From: Carcharhinus amblyrhynchos
Taxonomy: Eukaryota
NCBI GenBank assembly: GCA_965287045.1
Contig: OZ336873.1
Coordinates: forward strand, 107,570,001-107,634,000
Length of the DNA stretch: 64,000 bases
Direction: 5' to 3'
The first letter of the stretch is position 1. The number at the start of each line of letters is the position of its first letter. The notes beneath the pieces are model-generated. The model saw only the letters and a list, made by a program, of their open reading frames with translations. It did not search any database and was not told where the DNA came from. Positions 50,321 to 62,514 of this stretch are shown piece after piece. Position numbers and translations under genes: made by a program.

Positions 50321-50626
50321 CAAAAAAATTGTGTATGCGAAATGTGATTTGAATTATCCTCTAACTTTAATGGCATAGGACAATCAGGGGAATAAGGATT
50401 TAAAACAGAAAGAGCTGGAAAAATTCAGTAGGTCTGGCAGCATCTGTGGAGAAAGAAACAGAGTAAATGTTTTAAGCCTAACATGATTCTCCTTCAAAAC
50501 TTACAGATCTTCAGCAGCTGCAGTATTTTTTTTAGGGGAACAAGAATAGTCGTTTCATGCATTAATTCTATTTATTTTATGATAACCTCTTCAATTTATT
50601 TTGTTCAAACTCCTCCAAAAGGTCTA

Positions 50627-50845
50627 AAAGCAAATTACTGCAGATGCTGGAATCTGAAACCGAAAGAGAAAACTTTGGAAAATCTCAGCACATCTGGCAG
50701 CATCTGTAAGGAGAGAAAAGAGCTGATATTTCGAGTCAAGGTGACCCTGTGTCAAATTGGACAATCTGGACTCGAAATGTCAGCTCTTTTCTTTCCTTAC
50801 AGATGCTGCTAGACCTGCTGAGATTTTCCAATGTTTTCCCTTTTG
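50627..50845. mobile_element. Fold-back element of Penelope-like terminal repeats
   Basis: Arms of about 80 bp: ggaaaatctcagca...catctgtaaggagagaaaagagctgatatttcgagtc pairs with gactcgaaatgtcagctcttttctttccttacagatg...gctgagattttcc. A further partial copy lies at 50400-50480. Confidence 0.8.
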
Positions 50846-52512
50846 CTTGCAAAAGTTTTTCCTGCTGAAATCTAAAATACAAGTCACCCGATTCACTTAA
50901 AATGATACTTGAAAGATGGAATGAGTTCCTATGGAATGTGGAGTCTTATGCATCATCAGGAATAAACGGAACTCTGAGTGGCCCCAATTACTCCAGTGGA
51001 GGCTACTTGGAAGCTTAACCAGTTGGAACCAGAGAATGAGTGTGAGATGTAAATTGTAACACCTACTTGCCTTAATATTAAATGTCAGATTCATTATACA
51101 AACAGGAAGAGTGTATGCCTGGGATAAAGTAATGAAATATTTAGTGATACAGAGTTTAGCATCCAAAACATATGACAACAGTCACTAAATTTCAGAAAGT
51201 CAAACTATTCAAGGCTTTGATTGGAAATAATATCTGTTTTCGTTCAAAGAAAATGGCAAAAAAAGAACAGAATTGTTGTTTCCCTAGATAGTATTTCAAA
51301 GTCATATATCCATTTTACTGGAACTACCTAGCGTACCTTCACTACAAAACAACTTGTGTGTCTGAATAATTCAAAAGTCTGTGGAGATTGAATGGTGAGA
51401 CTTCTGCCTGGAAATATATGCACCTTACATATTCAGGTCATGTACAACAGTTAAGAACCCTTTCTTTGTACCGAACATACATTTGTTCAAAAGTTGAGGT
51501 CTTAACACTGGAAAGAGACTGGCTCTGTTATCAGCAGCTTGAATAAGAAGGGCTCAAATTGTTTTATCAGGAGCAGTGCTGCAATTGTAAATCCAGGTTA
51601 CTGGAAACAAAAGCAGGAGTGAAAGTTTATTTCAATGTATTAAGCAGCTTTTGCTCAGTTTTTTCCCCATTTGAAAACGGATCTTTCAGAAAGATACCTG
51701 CAATCAGAACGAGACCAGAGGCAAATTTCTGTTATATTTTGATATTCTGAGATGTTCACTTTTGGCATTATGTTGGGGGTGGACCAATAATTTAAAGACT
51801 TCATTTCCTCTTTCTTTAAATAGTTGTTAAAGAGAAGGTACAAAATCTTAAAAATTAGATCCTGCCTGGAATTCTTATCCACCATGCATTGTACGGAAAT
51901 GCTTACAAATGATTTCTAAACAAAGTACTTAACGGTACATTTCTCCAGTGGCAAAGTATAATAACACGTGAACTCAGACACTTCTGTAGTGCCACATCAA
52001 GAATTCCAGAAGGCTTATCCACATCAACATGGTAATATTGCATGCTCTTAATCAATCCTGAACAGTGTTCATTCCCACCAACTCCCGAGTTAGTATCTCT
52101 AACCAGCATTGTCATTCCTTTACTATTGTCTGTCAGATAACCAATCCCAGGCTGATGCCAGCAATGTCAAGGCAGTAATTCCCAATTCAGATTTTGTGGA
52201 GGCACAGAGTTGCTCGAGATTGTCATCTGCAATGCCTGGCACCATCCAAGTTGCAGCTTTTGAAGTAGCACTGTCTGGAAACACTAGGATAATCAAAAAC
52301 ACTCGAAAATCAGGTATTGAGGTAATGCACAAGAATACATGGAATGTGAAATGATTTGGTTTGGAATTGTTATTTTGAGTTGGCCTTTATTTTAACATTG
52401 TGAACAAAGATTCACTGTGATGATCAGTGATGGAGGAAAGATAGGATGAGGGATGGTTAGTTAATGAGAGAATGGGTTCACATTCACTGATACTAGTGTC
52501 AGCTGAGTTGAT

Positions 52513-53893
52513 CATAAGAAAACATAAGAAATAGGAGCAGGAGTAGGCCATCTAGCCCTTCGAGCCTGCCCCGCCATTCAATAAGATCATGGCTGATCTG
52601 TCATGGCTCAGTTCCACATTCCCGCCCTCTCCCCATAACCCTTAATCCCCTCTCTTATCAAAAACCCATCAACCCGGGTCTTAAAAATATTTAGCGAGGT
52701 AGCCTCCACCACTTCAACGGGCAGAGAATTCCAGAGATTCACCACCCTTTGAGTGAAGAAGTTCTTCCTCAACTCCGTTCTAAACCGCCCCCCCTTTATC
52801 TTGAGGCTGTGCCCCCTAGTCCTACTGTCCTTTCTGAGCGGGAAGAGTCTCTCCACCTCTATCCTATCCATCCCATTCATCATCTTATATGTCTCAATGA
52901 GATCTCCCCTCATTCTTCTAAACTCTAACGAGTACAAGCCTAGTTTATTCAGCCTCTCCTCATAGCTCAACCCCCTCAACTCCGGCATCAGCTTAGTAAA
53001 CCTCCTCTGCACTCCCTCCAAGGCCAAAATATCCTTGCGTAAGTACGGCGACCAAAACTGCACACAGTACTCCAGCTGCAGCCTCACCAATGCCCTATAC
53101 AGCCGCAGCAAGACCTCCCTACTTTTATATTCAATCCCCCTCGCTATGAAGGCCAGCATCCCATTAGCCTTCCTGACCACCTGCTGCACCTGCAGGCTGG
53201 GTTTTTGCGACTCATGCACAAGGACCCTGAGGTCCCTCTGCACCGTCGCCTGCTGCAGCTTTTCGCCACGTGAGTAATAATCCTTCCTACCATTATTCCT
53301 ACCAAAGTGGACCACCTCGCACTTGCCAACGTTAAATTCCATTTGCCATTTCCTGGCCCATTCGCCCAGCCTATCTAGATCCTTCTGTAGACTCTCCACA
53401 TCCACCGCGCAATTTGCCATTCCACCAATCTTGGTGTCATCAGCAAATTTCGACACCATACACTCGGTTCCCTCCTCCAGATCATCTATATAAATGGTAA
53501 ATAGCTGAGGCCCCAGCACCGACCCCTGGGGCACTCCACTAGTCACCAACCGCCAATCCGAATAGCACCCATTGACCCCCACTCTCTGCCTCCTATTTGA
53601 CAACCAATCCTCTATCCACGCTAACACCCTACCCCCAACTCCATGTCCCCTGACCTTCTGCAATAACATCTTGTGAGATACCTTGTCAAACGCCTTCTGA
53701 AAATCAAGAAAGACCACATCCACCGGCTCTCCTCTATCCACCGCCCTAGACACATCCTCATAGAGCTCCAGTAAATTTGTCAGACACGACTTCCCCTTAA
53801 CGAAACCGTGCTGCATCTGCTCTATCAAGCAATTCCCCTCAAGATGCCTCGCTATTTCCTCCTTGATGACGGATTCTAACATTTTACCTACAA
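52513..53893 (-). mobile_element. Young 5'-truncated CR1 LINE with an uninterrupted RT/C-terminal ORF2 frame
   Basis: About 430 open codons containing QHGFVKGKSCLTNL, DFQKAFDKV, GVPQGSVLGP, KFADDTK. CpGs are retained; (AAGAAAACAT) tail. The first ~19 aa of the listed ORF are flanking DNA. Confidence 0.97.
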
Positions 53894-54494
53894 CATGGAC
53901 ATCCTGGAAAAAAAAGGGGAATGTGTTGGATGGTCCCTCCTTTTTTGTCCCCATTCCTCTTCTTCACCTGCTGACCATTTACCTTGTGGTAAAGGCTTTG
54001 CCCTCATAATGGTAAAATTATGCTTTGAACCTTGACTCACATTATGATAAGTACTTCAGGGCAGACAAGTAGAAGCATTGTTTAAACACCTCAATAGTCT
54101 GTGTGATCACAGCACCGTTTTGGTGAAATGCATGATACCCATGTGTGCATGGGTTGTGCACTGGAATTAGACACCGGTGGTCACGCAGTATTCCACCTCT
54201 TGTCATGGTGTCAAAAGCAATGGCATTTGCTTTTAAGGCTCTCCATGTGGTGACTGCCCATCCGCCACAGGCTGAATATCAAGAGGAGGCAGGTATTAAT
54301 TTCCAATTGATGGGCCGAAACTAACATGGTTGGTTTAATGACCAACCATGAGTCATCTGATCCAGGACTAATCAGAGCTAATGTAGATAGGCAGCAGTCT
54401 CCTCACCCAAACTCTTGCCCAATTGATTAATCCCAACTTCCTGACTCACCTCAGGCATGGGCATTAAATCCCACACTACACTATAAGAAATGAT

Positions 54495-54720
54495 TAGAAC
54501 AATTGTCAATTGTTGTAAAAACCCAGTTAATTCACTAATGTCCTTTCAGAGAGGAAATATGCTATCCTTATCTAATCTGGCTGACATGTAACTCCAGATC
54601 CACAGGAACGTGGCTGACTCTGAAATGGCCTATAGTGAGCCACTCAGTTCAACAGCAATTGGGGATGGGCAATAAATGCCAACCCAGTCAGTAATACCCA
54701 CATTCCATGAATGAATTGAA
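54495..54720 (+). mobile_element. SINE (…ttcactaatgtccttt…gaggaaat… core) with the non-HER1 LINE tail
   Basis: Core gtaaaaacccagttaattcactaatgtcctttcag...aactccagatccacag; tail gggatgggcaataaatgcc...ccatgaatgaat. Confidence 0.75.
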
Positions 54721-56377
54721 TTAAAAATCTAGCATAAGGACTTCACAACTCACAGTGGTAACAATTTTTTGCTCCATCCTGAAAGTTACAAGGCCACTGC
54801 TCAGAATGGACTGGAGAAACCCAAATTCATTCTTTGTTTGCTCAAGAACCAAATTCAAACTCCAACTGAATCCAATTCATAGTCCCCACAAGAAAGACAA
54901 ACAAGATCCAAGCTATTAAGTTTAAGGCATTGCATTTTGGGCTTGATCTAATGCTTGAGCTTAATCAAAAGTTTGAGAAGCAATGGCGACAATTTCTCAG
55001 TGTGGTTGCACAAAATGGAAACAGCAACTTTTATTTGTTTTTTTTTGGCCAGAAGGATGATGGTGTTGGGGGTGGGCGGGGGGGAGTTTTGACTCAGCAA
55101 AATTATTTCTAACAATTTGAAATATTTTAAAAAAGAAAGTTTAATTTCTGACATGAAAGGTCATCATAAAATACCTAACTGCCGAAAAGTAGCTTCAATT
55201 GAACATGTAGAATGTTACATCACTGTAACATTTCCTTTTGACAAGCCCCTACTTGTCAAAACATACATTCATTTTGTATTCATAGGCTGTGCAGATTAAT
55301 TGGTTCCACTAAGTGAACAAAATGGACAGTTATGGGATGGGGGTGTTTAGAAATATGAAAATGAGTAATCTGAACATAATTTTCTATATCGAATAAAAAT
55401 AGTGTGGGAATTGAGCCCCAGGCCAGATCATTTTGCTGAACTGTATTTCCAAGTGGCCACTTATGATTTATGTGCCATTCTCCACCTTGCCCATCATGAA
55501 GTTATTGAACTTCATATCAGGGGATCAGGACAGACATCTGCTTTTATAGATCACATTCCTGGTCTGTGACCTATTTGGAAGGGAATAAGTGGATCTGACA
55601 GAAACTTTAGTTTGGAGAAAATAAGGAAAGCACTTACTGAAAATTATCTTGTTCAAATGGCATTCAGCCATGTCCTTTGAATGTTCAATTTATATTTTAT
55701 GATTCATACAGGAATGACACAAGGCATGCACTACAAGTACTGTTACTTGCACTCCAGAATAAATAATACCCGGAGCCATCATGTGATGTGGTCTGAATGA
55801 GAGGCTGAAAGTAAAGGCTGAGGTAAATTATTTGATGAGCCAAATCATTTTAAATGGGTTGCTGATGGCAATATGTTTGGAAAATCTAGGCCAAAGTGTT
55901 ACAATTTTGTGTTTTACTTTCAAAATACATTTGGGTGAAGGACCACATAATAGACTTGTTAGCAAAATTGAAACCCATGGACTAAAGGGACCATGGCAGC
56001 ATGAATGCAAAACCAGCAGAAGACAGAAAGCTTAGGGTAGTGGTGTACCATTGTTTTCAAACTAGAGAGAAGTGTACAGTGCCGTACTCAAGATACCGAT
56101 GTTAGGAACACTACTCTTTTTGGTGAATGTTAATGACCTAGCCTTGGGTATAGGGGGCTTATAATTTCAAAATTTGAAGATAAAACTTGGAAGTATAATA
56201 AATATTGGCAAAATCATTAGTCACAGGCTTCAGGCGGGTTTGGACAGACTGGTGAAAAGGGCAGATACATGTCAGATAAAATTAATACATTGATGTGTAA
56301 GGTGACGCATAAGGAGAAATGAACTGCAGTAAAATAACTAGGTTGTACGAATTCAAATGTGATTCAGAAAGAGAGGA

Positions 56378-56708
56378 ACGGCATGACGGCACAGTGGATG
56401 GCACTGCTGTCTCAGAGCATCAGGGACTATCTGTGTGGATCTTGCATATTTTCCCTGTTCTGCACGGGTTTCTTCAGGGGGCCTCAGTTTCCTCCCACAG
56501 TCCAAAGATGTGCACGTTAGGTGGATTGAGCATGCTAAGTTGTCCCTTAGTGTCCCAAGATGTGTAGGTTAACAGAATTGGCAGGGTAAATAGTGAGGTT
56601 GAGATGAAGTAGGTGTGGGCCTGTGTTAGATGCTCTGTTGGAGAGTAGGTGCAGATTCGATGGGCCAAATGGCCTCCTTCTGCACTGTAGGGGTTCTACA
56701 ATTCTACA
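56378..56708 (+). mobile_element. HE1-type SINE with a CR1-like tail
   Basis: Head ggcacagtggatggcactgctg, V-domain, tail gggccaaatggcctccttctgcactgtag. Confidence 0.9.
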
Positions 56709-57849
56709 GTTAATGAGAGCTTATATATAAAAATATCTGAAGGTGGCAGGTCAAATAGTTAAGCTGTTGAAAAGTGTAGCTCCTTGGCTTGATAAATAGA
56801 TGCAGAAGCCTTAATATTCATGCAATCAGAAAGACTCTGCTTCATACCAAAGATAACGCTGGAGAATCAAATCTGGCAGTCCTGCCCCGCAGGCAGCCCC
56901 CACAATTTCTACAAGGGTGGAGGAGGGGCAGGGGGGTGGTGGAAAGGACATGGGTCACACTTTGGGCATATGTAGAGAGAATGCTGTGCATATAAAACTA
57001 CAGCTGCCTGCAGTCAAGTCTCATTTTCACATGGACAGAGTGAGAAATACGAATTGTACACATTAGACCTAGAAGGAGGTGATCTAAAGTCTGTGGAGTT
57101 TTGTGGAGAATGAAGGTGTCATTTGGAGAGTTGAGGTGTCTTTTGAGGGAAGTAAGGTAACCTTTGGGAGATATCAAGTGCCTTCTGAGATGTTAAAATT
57201 AGACTTGAATGTACATAAGAAGTGGATAAACTCATTGGATAATAAAAAATCTTAGACTATCAATGGCACAAGCAAGGAGACTATCAAGCTGTTAAGGAAT
57301 TTAAATTTCATGGGCTTTAAATCAAAATTAAATTAAACAAACAGTCTAGTTTGTTTTTATAAATAAATCATTATTTGCCACTTCACTTTGTTTGTTGACA
57401 TAAACCTGAAGGTTATCATTATAGGATTTATGTGGATTAATTGGTTTCACAACTTACCATCACGGAAGTGTCCCTGTCAGTTGAGTTGAATTGATATTTC
57501 CAAGTGCTTAGAAAGTCTTTGGTATGTAGTTATGAATACAAATGCTTGTTTTATAAGGGATTAATTAGTTGAAGGGATTTAAATAAAATGCATTTTTTTT
57601 AAATTAATAACTTTTTTTCATTGTGGATTTATCAACAGATAAAACTTAACTTCAAATCCTCTCAGCATGGGTCCTCAAATCTGTCTAAGGTGGGTGAGTG
57701 GAATGAAGATTGTAAGGGCAAAGGGTGGGAGGGTGCATAGATTGCACAGAGTTGTAATAAGTTGGATTCGGGGTAATAAAGAGTTGTAGGTGTGGGTGTT
57801 GGGGAACGGTTTGGAAGGGACTGGGGGCAGGTTGGGGGGGGGGCAGGAA

Positions 57850-58110
57850 TCTGGGTTTGATTTCTAGCTTAGGACACTGTCTTTACAGAGTCTGCACATT
57901 TTCCCCATGTCTGTGTTGGTTTCCTCCGGGTTCTCTGGTTTCCCCCACAGCCCAAAAGACATACTGGTTAGATGCATTGGCCATGCTAAATGGTCTCTTA
58001 GTTTATCAGAACAGGTGCCAGCGTGTGGCAGCTGGGGGGATTTTCACAGTAACTGAATTGCAATGTTAATGTAAGCCTACTTGTGATACCAATAAATAAA
58101 CTAAACTAAA
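57850..58110 (+). mobile_element. HE1-type SINE, tail variant B
   Basis: V-domain followed by ttttcacagtaactgaattgcaatgttaatgtaagcctacttgtgataccaataaataaactaaactaaac. Confidence 0.85.
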
Positions 58111-58231
58111 CATTAGTTAGAGCTCAGTTGGATGGTTATGGCCAATTATGAGCACCACATTTCTGTAAGCATATCAAAGTCTCGAAGGATAGACTTATCA
58201 GAGTGGTATTAAAAATGAGGGACTTCAGCTA

Positions 58232-61182
58232 TATTGCTGAAAAGAGAGACATGTTGCTGAAACCTTCCATCTTGCACTCTTCAGGATAAATGCCAGAATG
58301 TCAAATTTTAAACGGTCACAATCATTTATACCACAAGGGCAAAAGACTGCCCTTGTTGGTAAGTCAACTCTGATTGGGAAAGCTATGGAAATAGCAACAG
58401 AGAATTATTGTACCCACCCCCTCCCCACACCCCCAACCCTCCCACACCAAATTCAGAAAAGGCACAAGGCTTGAACATATTCTTTTTGTTTGAAGAGAGC
58501 AGGTCCCTGTGTGTGAATGTAATTGCTTCTAGCAAGTGTAAATGAGCCACAGTATGCAACATAGTGTTGAGCAGGCCACATGTGCCAATCTGTCAATGCC
58601 AAAATTGCGCATGTGCACTGCCACCCCCCACCTCCCCCATCGCTGGCCTCCTGATCACTGGCCTCTGACTGCTGGCCTTCCCCAGAACTCCCCACATTCC
58701 GGTCGCAAATCCTGCTACAGTCCCCCTGCTGATGTCCTGGGGCCCGCTGTGTTACTCGAGCAGTGCAGCAGGCCAAGAGAATGCTGGCCTATGAGTTTAA
58801 CAGATTACATGTGTTAGTATAGCTATTAGTATATGCAGGATTGTTCATCAAGTGCTGTCCGATAATGGAATCACATTTACCATAGACATTTTGTATTGGA
58901 TTAAGCATCATCTATACTCTGCCTATTATGAAAAGCCAGAGAAACTGAGGTCTGATTTGATCCATCAATTGTTGTGATATACAGCCTGAGCACTTGGCAT
59001 TGTGCCAGCACTGAAATTCAGACACAATGATGCTCAATTGCTTGAAAAGAGCATGGCTTTTTGGACAGACAGTGGCAACCTATTAGTGGAAAGCTCTACT
59101 TGTGTTATCACTGTATAGTAACAGCACGAATCAGCTTCCTTAACCTGTTGTTTAAATTGTAATTGCCATTTGCTTTCTTCATGGCAACACTTTGGCCTTC
59201 ACGCAATTTGCCAACCAACCTGAACTCCTTTCTTTCTATAGTATAAGTTGTTGTGATTGTTTGAAATTTGGAAATTCTTGCATTTGTCAAGATGAAAAAT
59301 TTTAGCCTGTTATGATCGCGAGTGGAGGACTAAAATTACTGGCCTGTTCTACCTCTCCAGGTCTGACCCCAGCAAGGATTATTTGTGAATTTAGAGAGGA
59401 TATGTTTTGCCAATACTGAAAGGGATTTTGCTATTTATACATTCAGATTGCAAAGGATTAATCAGACAGATTTTCTGAAACGAAAATATGAATAAAGTAG
59501 GTTTGTTGAAATAGCTTCCTGAATTTAAAAAAAGGTAAATTGTAACTACCATTCATGTGGTACACATAATCATCTGGATACCCCACCCACACACACCAGT
59601 ATAGTTGGCAGAATAAGAGGACAGCTTAAGGATTTTTTTACAGGTCATGAAGAACATGACAAAAAGGAGTATATAGTTGGCTACTGTTGGTGTTGTGATT
59701 ATATGTAATGATTATTTGGTTCAGTTGTCTCCCTGGCTGTAGCTGTACGTAGAAGATTTCCTATTTTATTCCCAATAGATCTTAGTTTGCAATGGAAGTT
59801 TCTTTTCAGAATGATTACTTTGAAAACCTGGATACAATAATTCCAAGAAGAAGAGACAATAGGAAGCAAACAGTATTTGCAGGCTCTTTTAATACAGCAT
59901 TCTGATCTCTGATGTCTATGTTCATAACACAGTGGGGGACAATTCTCCCAAACAAATTGTAAGTGCTGAATTTGTGGGAAAACGGGTGTAAATCGCAATT
60001 GTTTTTTCATCGGAAGGTCACATTCGAATCTCCCCCACTCTGTGCAATGCAGAGGTCACAATCATGTATATCATTAAAAGCTCGGAGGACGGGCCCTATT
60101 CATATCAGGATCTGACATTTCCAAGCATCTGCACATGCTCGATCGCTGGCCAGCCCAGGACCTCAGTGCTTGCACTGCACCCCCCAGTATCCCATGGTCT
60201 GATCATGGCCCCCATGAGCATTCCCACGCCAGCCCTGACCCCACCCCAGCCTAGAGCACCCCAATCTTCAGACCCAGCAATGATGGTTCCCCTTCACCCC
60301 CCACCTTGGCAGAACACCCAAGGGAGGCAGGCCCCCCCCACCCTGAGACAGGCATCCCCACGGGAAGCAGAACCCCAGTCAGACCAATCCCCCAGCCCGC
60401 CCTGATCACTGGCCTCCTTCCAGCCCCGTATGATGCCAATGCATAGTGGCAGCAGGATTGCCAATTGCCCCTAAGCAATGCCAAGATGCCCCCTTAGCTA
60501 GTGCTGGGACACAGGCTGGCACTGCCCAGGTGCCCATGCCAAGAGGGCACCACTCCCCCCCTGCTGCCTGACCCTGTGGGAGACCCAGATTGCCTCCCCT
60601 TTACTCCAGCAGGATCTCCTGCTAGTTCCCCAAAAGCGGGAAGCTATTCTAAACCTCACCAGAGTGAAATTATACTGGCATTTAAGTGACATTTAAATAA
60701 GATAAAAATACGATTAAAATTGCTTAACTGCTAGTCCCACTGGTTTCCAGCATGCTCCTAACTGTGCCAGGTATCAGGCGCTGAGAGATGCACGTCAGGA
60801 TGGGAGAATTGTTCCCAGTGCCTCAAAGTACCCTGCTGGCTTTATATACCACAGCAATTGTATTAATCCATGTCTTCTGCAGTCATTGTTTGTAAAACAG
60901 ATAATCGCTTTTGCTAGCAACGGTTGAAAAGCTTCATGATAGCATAGAATGCCAACAGGAGATGGGGCATTTCCTGCTCTCCAGATGGGTGAGTGCTTCT
61001 TTTTCTATCCCACTTTGTAGAATACAAGTTGGCACATCATAGCCATCTGGCAGTCTCCATTGTCTTAAGAGGATTTCAGTTTACTTTTGAAAATACAACC
61101 AGAAGAACAATAAAAAAGAAATTGTATTAAAAAAAATACTCGCTCCGAATCGGCAACATCGCTCTCTCAGTATTCAAATTCT
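58232..61182 (-). mobile_element. Penelope-like element, family 2 (decayed GIY-YIG), with nested insertions
   Basis: Minus strand gives IVSEFQCWHNAKCSGCISQQLMDQIRPQ, DSIIGQHLMNNP and YIHTQGPALFKQKEYVQALCLF*, which resemble a degenerate GIY-YIG domain. Short inverted ends (tcagcaacatgtctctc / tcggcaacatcgctctc). TSD ggacttcag[c/t]ta (58220-58231 and 61183-61194). Confidence 0.75.
59935..60816. mobile_element. Harbinger-like MITE nested in Penelope family 2
   Basis: TIRs match at 15/16 positions (ggggacaattctccca / tgggagaattgttccc); agt(g) on both flanks. Confidence 0.85.
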
Positions 61183-61567
61183 GGACTTCAGTTAAATGGA
61201 GAGACTGGAAAAGTTAGAATTGTTTGCCTGAGAATGGAAAAGGTTAAGGGAAGACTGTGTCCACAAGTAGAAAAGGTTTTAATAAAGAAAGTAAAGATAA
61301 AGGACAAGTTGCCCTCCAGGGCTTGAACACAAAAATCAGGGCTGACACTCCAGTGCAGTACTGAGAGACTAGTACAGTGTTGGAGGTGTTATCTTTGGAT
61401 GAGATGTTAAACCAAGGTGCCATCTTCCTGTTTCTGGGTGGATATGTAAAAGATCCCAAGGCACTATTTTAAATATGATATGGAAATGCCGGCACTGGAC
61501 TGGGGTAAACACAGTAAGAAGTCTCACAACACCAGGTTAAAGTCCAACAAGTTTATTTGATAGTAAA

Positions 61568-61605
61568 CCCACAAGATTTCGGGGTGTGCCCCTTCGTCAG
61601 GTGAG
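61568..61605 (-). ncRNA. Minimal hammerhead ribozyme motif
   Basis: RNA: CUCAC CUGACGA a GGGG caca CCCC GAAA ucuu GUGGG. Stems I and II both pair. Confidence 0.7.
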
Positions 61606-62412
61606 TGGAGAATTCTAGTCTCAAACAGAGCATATAAAGGCACACACATTTTACAGAATACTGACTAGAATGCGAGTCTTTACAGCTAATCAAATCTTAA
61701 AGGTGCAGACAGTGAGAGTGGAGATAGCATTAAGCATAGGTTAAAGAGATGTGTATTGTCTCCAGGCAGGACAGTAAGTGAGATGTTGCAAGCCCAGGCA
61801 AGTCATGGGGGTTACAGATAGTGTGACATGAACCCAAGATCCCAGTTGAGGTCATCCTTATGTGTGCGGAACTTGGCTATCAGTTTCTGCTCAGCAACTC
61901 TGCACTGTAGTATGTCGTGAAGGCCGCCTTGGAGAATGTTTACCCAAAGATCAGAGGCTGAATGCACGTGACCACTGAAGTGCTCACCAACAGGAAGGGA
62001 ACAGTCTGGCCTGGTGATTGTCAAGCGTTATTCATTCATCCGTTGTTGTAGTGCCTGCACGGTTTCCCCAATGTACTATGCCTCGGGACATCTCTTCTTG
62101 CAGCGTATAAGGTAGACAATGTTGGCCAAGTTGCAAGCGTATGTGCTAATGTACATGGTGGATGGTGTTCTCACGTGAGATAAGGTTCATGTTGCACTAT
62201 CTGTAACCTCCATGACTTGCCTGGGCTTGCAACATCTCATTTACTGTCCTGTCTGGAGACAATACACATCTCTTTAACCTATGCTTAATGCTACCTCCAC
62301 TCTCGCTGTCTGCACCTTTAAGAATTGACTCGCTGTAAAGATTCGCATTCTAATCAGTATTCTGTGAACTGTGTGTGCCGTTATGTGTTCTGTTTGAGAC
62401 CAGAACTCTCCA

Positions 62413-62450
62413 CTCACCTGATGAAAGGGCAATCCCCGAAAGCTTGTGGG
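62413..62450 (+). ncRNA. Minimal hammerhead ribozyme motif
   Basis: RNA: CUCAC CUGAUGA a AGGG caau CCCC GAAA GCUU GUGGG. The palindromic AAGCUU lies in stem III. Confidence 0.7.
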
Positions 62451-62514
62451 TTTACTATCAAATAAATTTGTTGGGCTTTAACCTGTGTTGTGAGACTTCT
62501 TACTATTTATAATA

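Larger units (their letters stand above)
55870..61310 (+). mobile_element. Old CR1 LINE broken into at least four collinear pieces (55870-56370, 56710-56825, 58112-58231, 61183-61310)
   Basis: The first piece translates PHNRLVSKIETHGLKG; later pieces continue in consensus order across the SINE and Penelope insertions. Confidence 0.7.
61477..62502 (-). mobile_element. Penelope-like element, family 1 (GIY-YIG remnant with inverted pLTRs)
   Basis: Minus strand gives ANIVYLIRCKKRCPEA*YIGET...SLPVGEHFSGH...AEQKLIAKFRTH. 61515-61820 and 62195-62502 are inverted ~300-bp arms. Confidence 0.92.

Noticed and set aside
52608-53954. 448-aa ORF as a host gene or autonomous element
   Set aside because: It is a 5'-truncated CR1 ORF2 without the endonuclease domain; the start codon comes from flanking DNA.
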